From a virus, in the IMG/VR virus record IMGVR_UViG_3300028610_002494, positions 1-64,000 of that record: a stretch of DNA of 64,000 nt; one strand, 5' to 3'. Shown piece after piece: positions 21,236-31,178 of the stretch. The notes below the pieces were generated by a model. It was not told where the DNA came from and did no database searches. It saw nothing but the letters and a program-made list of their open reading frames with translations. A program made the translations under genes and the position numbers. Numbering within the stretch: the stretch's first letter is position 1; the number at the start of each line of letters is the position of its first letter.

Positions 21236-21724
21236 ATGCAGCAAAAAGGAAAGAAAACACCAAAGAGACAAGCAAGAAGGAAAATAGAAGGAAATATAGC
21301 TGAAGATATAATTCGAAAAAAGATACATAGTGTTTTACCATCTAATTATAAGTCAAGTATTAACAGAAGTAAAGGTATAGATATTTTCATAAGGAATGGT
21401 CAGATTCTAAATGTTGAGGTCAAATCAGCAAAAGAAAAAACTCTTTACAAGGACAAGAAAGGCAATTATCGTAGAAGAACAGGGAGATTCTTGATTAAGA
21501 AAAATGATTATTTAGATTCAGATTTTTTTGGATTTGTAATTAAAAAGGTTAATAAGGATGACAAGAAAGCTAAATGGAATGGGAAATATGAAACAAAATT
21601 TGTGGATTCTAAAGTAATTAAGAAACATATAAAAAATAGAAATCTATTAAATCGTAATGTTAAACTTGGTGTTTTATTAATAAGAGAAATGCCATCTATG
21701 AGATTAGGAGTAAGATATAAATAA
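21236..21724 (+). CDS. PD-(D/E)XK nuclease-fold protein
   Basis: GNIAE...GIDI...VEVKS. Confidence 0.6.
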   Translation: MQQKGKKTPKRQARRKIEGNIAEDIIRKKIHSVLPSNYKSSINRSKGIDIFIRNGQILNVEVKSAKEKTLYKDKKGNYRRRTGRFLIKKNDYLDSDFFGFVIKKVNKDDKKAKWNGKYETKFVDSKVIKKHIKNRNLLNRNVKLGVLLIREMPSMRLGVRYK

Positions 21725-21748
21725 AAATAAAAAAGGAGGAAAATAAAA

Positions 21749-21994
21749 ATGAAATTAGGATATGGTCAGAAAAAGGTTTTGAGATTATTATCAAACAAAC
21801 GAGGACAAATGCCAAAAACATTAGAGAAAAAACTTGGGAGTTCTTCACATATATTACATCCAAATTTATCTTTTCTTGTTGAGAAAGGACTTGTAAAAAG
21901 AAAACAAGTACCAGTAAAATCCACAGGAAAGATGGTAAGTCATAAAACAAAAACAAAATACTTTATTACAGAAAAAGGTTTAGACCATTTATAA
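21749..21994 (+). CDS. Winged-helix-like basic protein
   Basis: LSFLVEKGLVKR...YFITEKG. Confidence 0.65.
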   Translation: MKLGYGQKKVLRLLSNKRGQMPKTLEKKLGSSSHILHPNLSFLVEKGLVKRKQVPVKSTGKMVSHKTKTKYFITEKGLDHL

Positions 21995-22037
21995 AAAACA
22001 AATTGAGTTAATAATATAAAAAAAGGAGTAAATAAAA

Positions 22038-22214
22038 ATGGCAAAAAAACAAAAATTTATTTCAATTTATCGAGAGTTAGGATTTAAAAAATTAAAATTT
22101 AAGAAGAGTGTTAAAAGAAAAAATATAAGAGCAGCATTAGCACCATATAGGAAAAAAGGATATGATGTTAGAAAAGCACAGAAAGATAATAAAGATATTT
22201 ATGTTATTTTTTAG
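22038..22214 (+). CDS. 58-aa basic protein (not in ORF track)
   Basis: aaggag RBS; MAKKQKF...YRKKGYDVRK...IYVIF resembles 17569/17803/18017. Confidence 0.6.
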   Translation: MAKKQKFISIYRELGFKKLKFKKSVKRKNIRAALAPYRKKGYDVRKAQKDNKDIYVIF

Positions 22215-22260
22215 TTTTTCTTTTAATATTATTTTTTTTTTTAAAAAAAGGTAAATAAAA

Positions 22261-22629
22261 ATGGATAAAAAGGAAAAAAGCAAAAAAAAGAAAGAACAAA
22301 AAGATTTCTTTTTAAAAACAGCAATTGATGGTCTTTTAGCTGGTCTTTTAGCTGTTGGAATATTTTTAGGCAGACCAGCAAACATAAAACCTGTTGAAAG
22401 TTATCAGCTTTTATTTGGATTGTTCCTTTTCGTTGGGTTTTTAATGATAATGTATGCATACACGCGAAAAAAAAAGGATGTTGCATATGGGCTTTTTGTA
22501 GTGCTTATTGTAGCATTTATTGAAGTTATTATAATAGGAATTATATTCCAAGAAACTCCTGAAGACATTATGATTGCATTATTTATAATATCACCATCAG
22601 TATTGATATTTGATAAGTTATTAGGTTAA
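22261..22629 (+). CDS. Four-TM membrane protein
   Basis: Hydrophobic helices. Confidence 0.55.
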   Translation: MDKKEKSKKKKEQKDFFLKTAIDGLLAGLLAVGIFLGRPANIKPVESYQLLFGLFLFVGFLMIMYAYTRKKKDVAYGLFVVLIVAFIEVIIIGIIFQETPEDIMIALFIISPSVLIFDKLLG

Positions 22630-22916
22630 AAAAGAATTGGAAGTAATTATGACAAAAACAAGAAAAGAATTGTATGATTTAATCAAAAAGAAACCTGAGA
22701 AATTTTATACTCATCTTAGATATTATGATAAAAATGGAAAATATTGGACTACGAGATATGATATAGGAAAAGCATTATCGAAAAAAACTAAAAAAGAACT
22801 TCAAAACGATTATAATAAAGCTAAAAAGAAAAATTTTAAAATGCCAACTAAAAGGATTAATATGTCTGTAAGTAAATATAATTAAAATAAAAAAGGTAAA
22901 AAAATAAATAAAAAAA

Positions 22917-23825
22917 GTGAAAAAGAAAAGAAAACTAATAACAGGAAGATGGACTGAAAGAATTTATAAGATAAAAGGTGTGAATAAAAGAGTAAAAGTT
23001 CGGAGATGGAAAGGAAAGGTTCAGGTTCGTGTTATTGATAAAAAAAGAAAACTAATTAAAACTATTAATAAATATCAAGCTAAAGAACATTTCAGATTGT
23101 TGCCTTTTAGATCAAAAGTGTTAGATGTTCAAAAGAGAGCTAAAAAAACATATAAACAAGATGCATATGATATACCTGAGTCTTACTTAAAAAAAGATGG
23201 TCATACAAAATTTGATATTGAAGGTGTTGATACTCCTAAAAAGTATAAAGTTCCAAGAGGACTAAAAATAAAATCTAAAGTAAAAAATGTTTATGGTCAT
23301 ACAGTTAGAGGGAAGTATTTTGATGATCATGGAGAAGTTATCCATAACACAACTGTACATAAATTTTCGATGATTGCACAAGATAAAGTATTAAAAACGT
23401 CAAGTTATAATTCAGCTCGTTCTGTTTCTTTTTCAGTTGATCCAAAATTTACTCAATTTGGAAACGTTTCTTTAGTTTTTCATAAGAACAAAATGAAAAA
23501 ATTAAAACCTGTCACATATTATAATTGTGATGTGTATTCAAGGACATTGTCAAAGAAAAATCCTAAAGGAGAAGAACATTTACGAGTAGAAAAAGGTGTT
23601 TATACAGACCGTTTTTATGAAGAAAGAGAATGGTTTTCTCGTGAACCTGTTAAAATTACAAAATCAAATTTGAAGAAAATAATTTATTTTAGTAGTGCTC
23701 CTGTACGTCCTACAAAAGAATATCTAAAAAAACATCCATATTGGAGTCCTGATGAAAAAAGAGAAGAAGTAAGAAAAATAGCCAAGCAATTAGGAGTAAA
23801 ATTTGAAACAAAGAGGAAGAAATAG
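22917..23825 (+). CDS. Basic protein with possible ADP-ribosyltransferase-fold C-terminal domain
   Basis: IHNT...VSFS.DP...FG.VSLVF...EEREW, an H-S-ExE arrangement. Confidence 0.4.
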   Translation: MKKKRKLITGRWTERIYKIKGVNKRVKVRRWKGKVQVRVIDKKRKLIKTINKYQAKEHFRLLPFRSKVLDVQKRAKKTYKQDAYDIPESYLKKDGHTKFDIEGVDTPKKYKVPRGLKIKSKVKNVYGHTVRGKYFDDHGEVIHNTTVHKFSMIAQDKVLKTSSYNSARSVSFSVDPKFTQFGNVSLVFHKNKMKKLKPVTYYNCDVYSRTLSKKNPKGEEHLRVEKGVYTDRFYEEREWFSREPVKITKSNLKKIIYFSSAPVRPTKEYLKKHPYWSPDEKREEVRKIAKQLGVKFETKRKK

Positions 23826-24784
23826 AATGATAAAAATGAAAGGAAAAAAGAAGTTAAATTATATTAATGTAAAAAGGTGATTGAAATACCACGTAGTTAT
23901 GGTTATGGAAGAACAAGAAGCAAGAAAGTTGGAAAATATGAAATACAAATAGAATTTCATGATTTCAAAAAAGCACGTTTTAGTATTTATAAGGGAAATA
24001 AAGATGTTTATTATAGTGGTTCTGACAGTTTAACAGATAAAAAAGAAAAGGTATTGGACAGATATCGTTCTTTAAAGAATGTTAAAAGTATTGAATCTTT
24101 TGTTAAAAAAAGAAAGTCTATAAAATAAAAAAATATGTGCAATAAATTATCTTATTGTAATCCCAGATTTGATAAGTGTTTAATCCCAATTATTAATCAT
24201 ATAAATAATAATTCTGATTTAAAGACTTTAGCCAGTTGTTGTGGTCATAGAAAGTATAATACTACAATAGTAGTGAAAGATAAATTAGGAAATATTTTTG
24301 AACTTTATTCAAGAATATCTTTACTTCCTAAAAAAAGAAACAGGTATATAAAAAAGATAATGTTGGATTTTATTATATACCTGAAATTGTTTAATATTTT
24401 TTTGTATTTTTAAATTATTTTTCTAAATATAATATTACCATTTCATTTAACCTAAAACTTATTTTTTTAATAGTTCCAACTAAATTTATCAAAATAATAT
24501 TACCATTTAACATAAATCGTAATATTTTTTATTCTTCAGGTAAATATTTTGTTGAATTTTAATAGTAGAGATGAAATGGAAATAATATCAATTTAAAGTG
24601 TGTTTTAAAGAATTTTTTTTATTGAGTAATATAAAAATACTAACTAAATAAGTTTTTGCTGTTAAAAGATTGATTTATAGGTTTAAAAGTTAATATTTAG
24701 TTAAAATATTTACCTAAGACTAAATTATAAATATGTAAAAAATAACTGTTAATTAATAAAAAATAACTTATTTTTTTAAAAAAT

Positions 24785-25369
24785 ATGGATATCAAAAAGG
24801 ATAAGGGAAAATTATTTTTCATAATTGTTATAATTGTATGTTTATTGTTTGGTGTGTATATTGTTTATACACAGTATTTCAGTGAATCACCAATAGATTT
24901 ATTCGAAGACTATGATGAGATGTCAGATGCTATTGGAGATCCAGTATCAAATTCTACAGTACCAACTATTAGTGAAGTTATTTATTGGTTAGCTAATGAA
25001 GATACTACAGACAGGATTGCTTATGATTTAGAAACTTGGATATGTAGTGATTATTCAACCAAACTTCTTATAAATGCTAAAGAAGAAAATTGGAGAATGT
25101 ATATAGTCATTTTATATTATAGTTATAATGGAGATGATTCATATGGTGAAAATACTCCTTATGGTGAATATGGTCATGTTTTTAATATGATTTATTGTAC
25201 AGATGGAGATGGAGATGGTGAATTAGATATATGGTATATCGAACCACAATCCGATGGAGTTTGGCAATTAAATCGTGTTCATTATAATACATATGCTTAT
25301 TATATTGGTACTGCCAGTTCAGTGTGGAGTGGAATGTACTGGGTTAATTATTATCTTTATTTTGGATAA
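24785..25369 (+). CDS. Membrane-anchored transglutaminase/papain-like protein
   Basis: N-terminal TM; CSDYS...GHVFN...IEPQSD triad pattern. Confidence 0.6.
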   Translation: MDIKKDKGKLFFIIVIIVCLLFGVYIVYTQYFSESPIDLFEDYDEMSDAIGDPVSNSTVPTISEVIYWLANEDTTDRIAYDLETWICSDYSTKLLINAKEENWRMYIVILYYSYNGDDSYGENTPYGEYGHVFNMIYCTDGDGDGELDIWYIEPQSDGVWQLNRVHYNTYAYYIGTASSVWSGMYWVNYYLYFG

Positions 25370-25404
25370 TTTTTTCAATATTTTTTTATTTGATAAATCC
25401 ATTT

Positions 25405-25432
25405 ATACTAAAAAACATAACATTTAAATATA
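25405..25432 (+). promoter_or_regulatory. Promoter related to the 12700 and 14561 copies
   Basis: actaaaaaacataaca + TTTAAATA at 25423. Confidence 0.5.
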
Positions 25433-25524
25433 TGAAAAAATACCTATTAATTAATATTAATTAAATTAAAATAATTTATAAAATAAAATAGAATTAAAAA
25501 TAAAAAAACAGGTGTAAAATAAAA

Positions 25525-26028
25525 ATGGCAAAAAAATATACTGATGAGGAATTACTTGATGCTTGTATAAGTTATAGCAAGGAAGTCAAGAATTATACCA
25601 CATCAAGTGAGTTTGAAAAAAGTAAGTTTGTTAAACCTATATGGAAGAAATCAGGTTTAGCAAGAATAGTTAATCAAATACTTCTCGTTTTAAATAAAGC
25701 AATTGATGATGGAATTTATTCAAAAGAAGTAGTTAATAGAAGACATTTTTTCATTTTGGATGAAATTGAAAGTTCTAAACCTGAAGAAGAAGAGGAAGAA
25801 GAGGAAAAAGAGGAAGAGGTAGACGAAGACGAAGAAGAAGACGAAGACGAAGACGAAGAAGAGGAAGAAGAAATGCAAGAGGCAATTGATGATGTTGTGG
25901 ATGAAGAACTTGATGATGATGGACAAGCTATGGAAAAGTTCGCTGAAGAAACAGGTTTATCTGCTATGACTAAAAAAGGAACAATCAGAAAAGATTACAC
26001 TAAATGGAAGAAAAGCAACTGGAATTAA
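25525..26028 (+). CDS. Protein with long poly-acidic tract and C-terminal EETG...W motif
   Basis: About 30 nearly consecutive E/D residues; FAEETGLSAMTKKGTIRKDYTKWK. Confidence 0.65.
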   Translation: MAKKYTDEELLDACISYSKEVKNYTTSSEFEKSKFVKPIWKKSGLARIVNQILLVLNKAIDDGIYSKEVVNRRHFFILDEIESSKPEEEEEEEEKEEEVDEDEEEDEDEDEEEEEEMQEAIDDVVDEELDDDGQAMEKFAEETGLSAMTKKGTIRKDYTKWKKSNWN

Positions 26029-26062
26029 GCTTAAAATTAACTAAATTTTTTTTATTTATTTA

Positions 26063-26114
26063 TTTTATTGTGTTGCAAGTGTGTTTAGATTTCCTGAGCA
26101 CCAACAGAATAAAA
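26063..26114 (+). ncRNA. Bulged hairpin motif B, copy 1
   Basis: TTTTATTGTGTTG-caagt-GTGTTTAG-atttc-CTGAGCAC-CAACAGAATAAAA; second copy at 44511. Confidence 0.55.
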
Positions 26115-26144
26115 ACTCTAATTTTAGTAAAAAGGTAAATAAAA

Positions 26145-26330
26145 ATGGCTGGAAGACCAAAATCAAAGGAAGAGGTTCTTAGTGTTGGTTTAACTATTAC
26201 TATAACAAAAACAGAAAAAAAATATCTTGATGAACTACTTCAAATAAGTGGAGATTCTATGAATCAGTTTTTTAGAAATTTACTTTCTGAAAAAATCTTA
26301 ATTTTAAAACAAATTAAAAGAAAGAGATAA
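26145..26330 (+). CDS. Ribbon-helix-helix transcription regulator
   Basis: GRPK, then LTITIT strand, then two helices. Confidence 0.6.
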   Translation: MAGRPKSKEEVLSVGLTITITKTEKKYLDELLQISGDSMNQFFRNLLSEKILILKQIKRKR

Positions 26331-26353
26331 ATTTAAGTAGGAAAGGTTTAACT

Positions 26354-26683
26354 ATGGTAAAATTTGATAAAAATGGATGGTTTATTGGACAGAAAATTAA
26401 TACAAAAATCCAACATGAAGATTATCATATTGATTTATATCCAAAAACAGAAGAAAAGAGAGTAATCTTACCAGATTATGATAAATCAAAATATAAAATG
26501 TATGGACATACTAATGTTAATTTAGTTGAAGGTGTTCTTAAAATTGTTTCTTTTTATCAAACTAAATATAAAGGAAGTAAATTTAGTGAATGGTATAAAA
26601 AAGATTCAGGTGCTTTAGCAATTGTTGGAAAGTCTATTAAAACCAAAAAAACATCAATTGTAAAGATATTAATTTTAAAATAA
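26354..26683 (+). CDS. Hypothetical protein
   Basis: ORF with RBS. Confidence 0.5.
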   Translation: MVKFDKNGWFIGQKINTKIQHEDYHIDLYPKTEEKRVILPDYDKSKYKMYGHTNVNLVEGVLKIVSFYQTKYKGSKFSEWYKKDSGALAIVGKSIKTKKTSIVKILILK

Positions 26684-26779
26684 AAAAATTAATATTGCCT
26701 AATTTTTAAATATATTTAAATAGTTAAATAGTCTATAAATAATTATAGAAAGGATCAATAAAAAATAAAAAATTTAAAA

Positions 26780-26983
26780 ATGGAGTTGAAAGAAATGGGA
26801 TGTAAAGTCGTTAAAAAAAGGATCAAACATATTGATATCCGTCTTTTTGAAGAAGAAATTGATGTGGCAGAATTTGTAGCATTATATTTGAATTTAAGCT
26901 ATGACCAATTATTTGTTAAGTTTATTAAAGAATATGCTGAACATACATTTGCTAAAAATATAGAATATAAATTTGTATTATAA
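26780..26983 (+). CDS. RHH-like small protein
   Basis: IDIRL strand, then helices (LSYDQLF). Confidence 0.45.
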   Translation: MELKEMGCKVVKKRIKHIDIRLFEEEIDVAEFVALYLNLSYDQLFVKFIKEYAEHTFAKNIEYKFVL

Positions 26984-27003
26984 AAATTGGAAAGGGTTTA
27001 AAA

Positions 27004-29028
27004 ATGGATTATATTTTAAAAGATGATATATTAACCATTACTAATAATAAAAATGGTTATAAAAGGGTTTTAACCTTAAGAAAAGGGCAAATTAGAGCTA
27101 TTAATCATATAGAAAATCATTTTATGGAAAATTTTCTTTTAGTTGCACCGACTGCTTGGGGAAAAACAGTTATAGCAATAGTTTATATCATAAAAATGTA
27201 TAATGATGGATTAAAATCAGTATATACATCTCCACTTAAAGCATTGACAACAGAAATAGTTTCCAAATTAACTGAATTAGGACTTATAGTTTTAGAGGAT
27301 ACAGGAGATTTCAGGAAGGATCCATTAAGGGATTACGAAAAATGTGATGTATTAAGTACAACTTATGAAAGACTTGGTTCGGTTATAATAAATCAGAAGA
27401 ATCATAGTGTTTTTGATGATTTTGGTCTTGTAATTGTTGATGAAGTTCATACAGTTCATTCTGACAGTAGAGGTGTTGATTTAGAGTCTTTAATAGTTAA
27501 AATAAAACAACATACTTCAATGGCAGTCATGGGAATGTCTGCTACTATAAAAAACTATGGACAAGTGGCAGATTTTCTTGAAGGTGAATATATTTATGTT
27601 CCTGTATCAGAAAGACCTGTTAAGCAGAATATAAAAATTATGTATTATTCATCTGAAAATCATTATGCATCAATTTCGGAAAGAAATTCAATGTTAAGAC
27701 CAATATTAAATGATTTAATTAGAAGAGATAAACAAGCGTTAATCTTTTGTAGTTCACGCGATAGGTGTGAACAATTAGCAAGAAGTTTTTCTGGGTTAAA
27801 ACAAAGAGATCCGACTGAACTTGCTAAAAGATCAAATTATACTTGGCATCATGCTGGAGTAGAGGTTTATCAAAAGAAAGAAATAGAGCAAATGTTTTTA
27901 GAAGAAAAAGTTAGATTTATCTTTTGTACTCCCACTCTTGCTATGGGAGTAAATTTACCTGCATATAGTGCAGTTATTTATGATGCTTATCGTTATAGTG
28001 GACTATTATCAGATGATGTTATGATTGAAGGTCTTGAAGTTGAGCAGATGTATGGAAGAGCAGGGAGACCACAATATGGTGAAAAAGAATGTGAAATTTA
28101 TATTTTTCCACGTTCAAGAGATGAACCTTATATTTTACAAGAGAATTATATAAAATCAAAAATGCTTAAAAAATTGAAATATGTATTTAACGAATGGATA
28201 ACCAGTGGGATTAGTTTTTCAGCAGAAATATTAGATTCTTTAAAGAAAACACTTTTGAGTAAACAACATGAGTTTAATGAGATTAAAAAAGAAGGAACTA
28301 TTGCACTTAGATTTCTACTTACAAATGGATTTATAAATAGAAATGAAAATAAAGAATTTATACCTTCTTTTTTAGGAAGAATGACAGCGTTATTTCGTAT
28401 TAGACCAGAAACTGCTTTACATTTTAAGAAAATAGAGTATGAATATAATAAAAGAGATTTTTCTGATTTGGAATTAGTAGCAAATCTTTTAAACACCGAC
28501 GAATTTTTAGATTTGATTAGGGTTGCCGAGAGAGATACTCAGTTAATTGATTTATGTTCAAGAATTTTTATGGAGCAGGGAATATCATATGATTTATATG
28601 ATAAAAAGATACTTAAAGCGATTCCAATGATTTTTACCGATTATTTTAATAAGAAGTTTAATGTTAGAATTGTTTTATATAGAACTGATGCAAATACACT
28701 TGCTAAAATTATGAAAAGACTTTTGAGTTCAGCTGAAGTTATAATTTATGATAAAACTCTTAAAAAAAGAATTTCATACCTAAAAGTAATGATACAAAAC
28801 AAAACTTTAGACAGGGATGTTGCTATACTAAAAAGTGCTAAGGGACTTGGCGATGTAAGACTTAATAGGTTATTTAGAGCAAATATAAAAACTCCTGAAG
28901 CTTTTTTAGGAAGAGCAGATTCAGAACTTATAAGAATTATGAAAGTATCAAAAAAGGTATTAGATAACATAAAAATTAGCTTAAAACAAGCAATTAAAGA
29001 AAACATAAAAATAACAAAAAAGGAATAA
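27004..29028 (+). CDS. hel308: Hel308/Ski2-like SF2 helicase
   Basis: APTAWGKT, PLKAL, DEVH, MSAT, HHAG, TPTLAMGVNLPA, QMYGRAGRP and a C-terminal HhH. Confidence 0.9.
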   Translation: MDYILKDDILTITNNKNGYKRVLTLRKGQIRAINHIENHFMENFLLVAPTAWGKTVIAIVYIIKMYNDGLKSVYTSPLKALTTEIVSKLTELGLIVLEDTGDFRKDPLRDYEKCDVLSTTYERLGSVIINQKNHSVFDDFGLVIVDEVHTVHSDSRGVDLESLIVKIKQHTSMAVMGMSATIKNYGQVADFLEGEYIYVPVSERPVKQNIKIMYYSSENHYASISERNSMLRPILNDLIRRDKQALIFCSSRDRCEQLARSFSGLKQRDPTELAKRSNYTWHHAGVEVYQKKEIEQMFLEEKVRFIFCTPTLAMGVNLPAYSAVIYDAYRYSGLLSDDVMIEGLEVEQMYGRAGRPQYGEKECEIYIFPRSRDEPYILQENYIKSKMLKKLKYVFNEWITSGISFSAEILDSLKKTLLSKQHEFNEIKKEGTIALRFLLTNGFINRNENKEFIPSFLGRMTALFRIRPETALHFKKIEYEYNKRDFSDLELVANLLNTDEFLDLIRVAERDTQLIDLCSRIFMEQGISYDLYDKKILKAIPMIFTDYFNKKFNVRIVLYRTDANTLAKIMKRLLSSAEVIIYDKTLKKRISYLKVMIQNKTLDRDVAILKSAKGLGDVRLNRLFRANIKTPEAFLGRADSELIRIMKVSKKVLDNIKISLKQAIKENIKITKKE

Positions 29029-29033
29029 AAAAT

Positions 29034-29225
29034 ATGATGAATAAAGAATCATTAAAAATTAAAGTATATTGCCCAAATTGTAAGAAAAAAATTACAGTTG
29101 GATATACTGATTTAGACATTAACTATAATGTATTTAGTATTAATACAAAATGTGAGCATTGTAATTGTAAAGTTGAACTTTTCTATGATCAAGGAGATAT
29201 AATGGAATTAATAAACAAAGAATAA
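29034..29225 (+). CDS. Zinc-ribbon protein
   Basis: CPNC...CEHC. Confidence 0.55.
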   Translation: MMNKESLKIKVYCPNCKKKITVGYTDLDINYNVFSINTKCEHCNCKVELFYDQGDIMELINKE

Positions 29226-29302
29226 AGAGATGTAAAAATAATCATTAGAATTTCAATTAAGTATCCATTGAGTGTAATTGATAGACGAGGTTTTATTAGA
29301 AG

Positions 29303-29947
29303 ATGAAAAAAAGATGTAAAAACTGTAAAACCATTGTAAAGTGTGATAATATAGAATATCACAAAGATGATGGAAGAGGAATCTACTGTGATGTTTGTGG
29401 AGGATTTATATCTATTCCAAAACAAATAAATGGGAATGTTAGAATAAGCAGTAGCAGAAGGTATGTTAGAGGAAGAAGATTATCTAATAGGCATAATATG
29501 ATTACAATGTATGTTATTGCTCTTATTATTCTTGTAATACTTACTACTGGTGTATTTTATTATTTTGGTTCTGATGGTATTTGGTATTTTGAACCAGAAG
29601 AAAAAGGATATTCAACCTTTATTCTTTATGATAATAATACACATTATGATGTTTCTGATGAAGTTGAAATATCTATTTTAATTTCAGAAAATGATGTTAT
29701 ATTTGATGATATTTCAGATATTCATAATTTATCTAATTATGAAATGAATAATAATACTCTGAAAGCATCATATATGGAAATAGATATTAGACATATAGAA
29801 TATCTCTTGGTTTTAATAGATCCAAATAATACATCGGTTTATATTAGTGAATATCATTCAATTGTTGGTGGAACTAATAGGATTTTTTGTTTTTATGTAA
29901 ATATAATAAATGGTTTTTTAGGTTTTATTCCTACAATTTTAAATTAA
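29303..29947 (+). CDS. Zinc ribbon + TM + extracellular domain protein
   Basis: CKNC...CDVC followed by a central TM. Confidence 0.55.
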   Translation: MKKRCKNCKTIVKCDNIEYHKDDGRGIYCDVCGGFISIPKQINGNVRISSSRRYVRGRRLSNRHNMITMYVIALIILVILTTGVFYYFGSDGIWYFEPEEKGYSTFILYDNNTHYDVSDEVEISILISENDVIFDDISDIHNLSNYEMNNNTLKASYMEIDIRHIEYLLVLIDPNNTSVYISEYHSIVGGTNRIFCFYVNIINGFLGFIPTILN

Positions 29948-30017
29948 AAGAGGTAAAAAATAATGGGCATATTAACTTTCTTAGTAGTTGTTATTTATGT
30001 ATTTGTTGGAGATAAGT

Positions 30018-30174
30018 TGGAAAGGTGCTGTGGTGATGAAGATTTTCATATTGAATGAAAATACTGGAATCCTTCTTGAGACAGTCGGAGACACTCAGAA
30101 GGACAGGTTTGATCCACCTGCACCCATTTCCATAGAATCACAGTTCACAGGGAGAATTCCACTCCCTGTGGACA
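30018..30174 (+). ncRNA. Putative structured RNA motif A, copy 2 (5' of FEN1)
   Basis: 29-nt identity with copy 1 (30146-30174) and a compensatory change in the first stem. Confidence 0.65.
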
Positions 30175-30187
30175 CAATTAAAAAAAG

Positions 30188-31174
30188 GTGTTTATTATAG
30201 GAACAAAAATAAAACAAATGGTTGACCAAGTTAAAAGATCTGTTACAATAGAAAATTTATTTAATAAAACAATTGCAATAGATGCATTTAATTCAATATA
30301 TCAATTTCTTTCTATAATAAAAGGAAAAGATGGAAAACCTTTAAAAGATTATAGAGGAAGAATAACATCACATCTTAGTGGTTTATTATATAGGAATTTG
30401 ATATTTTTAGAAAAAAGTATTAAACCTATTTATTGTTTTGATGGAATAAATAAATCTCAAAAGGTAAGATGGTCTAAACCTACAAAAAGTAAGGTTAGGA
30501 TTAATGAATATATAATTTCAGAAAGTAAATCACTTTTAGATGCTTTAGGAATTCCTTGGATTCAAGCACCAGCAGAAGGAGAAGCACAATGTTGTTATCT
30601 TGTCCAGCAAGGAGATGCTTGGGCTGTTGCTTCTCAAGATTATGATTGTTTTGCTTTTGGTGGAACAAGATTAATTAGAAATTTTGCAGTTCATAGAAAA
30701 AGGAAAAAAGGAAACACTCAAACAGAGTATGATATTGAGTTTATATCACTTGAGAAATTATTGAATTATTGGAAAATCACAAGAGAACAACTTGTTGATA
30801 TTTCTATATTAGTAGGAAATGATTTCTTTGAAGGATTTAAGGGATTTGGTGAAAAGAAAGCTTTAAAATATATAAAAGAATTTAAACATGTATTTGGAAA
30901 TGATGATATAATACTTTTAAGAAGAGATGGTGGTGAATCACTTGGAGAAGAAATGTATAATACATATATGGATAATAGAAAAATATTCTTAAATCCAGTA
31001 GTAAATAAAGATTATAAAATAAAGTTTAAAAAACCTAATTATATAGAATTACATGAATTACTCGTTAGAGAACATAATTTTTCAGACAGAAGAATTGATT
31101 CTGTAATATCAAGATTAAAAAAGCTTAATGAAAACAGTAAAAAACAAATAAATTTAGCTAAATTTTTAAAATAA
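30188..31174 (+). CDS. fen: Flap endonuclease 1
   Basis: IAIDAFNSIYQFLS, TSHLSGL, FDG, EGEAQC, SQDYD, GND; C-terminal PIP box QINLAKF. Probable start is ATA at 30197 (MGTKI). Confidence 0.93.
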   Translation: MFIIGTKIKQMVDQVKRSVTIENLFNKTIAIDAFNSIYQFLSIIKGKDGKPLKDYRGRITSHLSGLLYRNLIFLEKSIKPIYCFDGINKSQKVRWSKPTKSKVRINEYIISESKSLLDALGIPWIQAPAEGEAQCCYLVQQGDAWAVASQDYDCFAFGGTRLIRNFAVHRKRKKGNTQTEYDIEFISLEKLLNYWKITREQLVDISILVGNDFFEGFKGFGEKKALKYIKEFKHVFGNDDIILLRRDGGESLGEEMYNTYMDNRKIFLNPVVNKDYKIKFKKPNYIELHELLVREHNFSDRRIDSVISRLKKLNENSKKQINLAKFLK

Positions 31175-31178
31175 AAAA

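Larger units (their letters stand above)
16946..24413 (+). other. Array of about 25 small, highly basic protein genes
   Basis: ORFs at 16946, 17240, 17569, 17803, 18017, 18598, 18909, 19215, 19510, 19776, 20046, 20342, 20637, 20971, 21236, 21749, 22038, 22261, 22637, 22917, 23877 and 24135. They are K/R-rich and share aaaaaggtaaa(t/c)aaaaATG leaders. Confidence 0.75.

Noticed and set aside
16946-24413. CRISPR array or integron attC sites in the small-gene array
   Set aside because: The recurring element is an RBS-containing leader at irregular gene-length spacing, with no palindromic repeat and no integrase in the window.
29988-30200. 70-aa ORF over RNA motif A copy 2
   Set aside because: The identical 29-mer is read in different frames in the two copies, and the changes preserve base pairing rather than protein.
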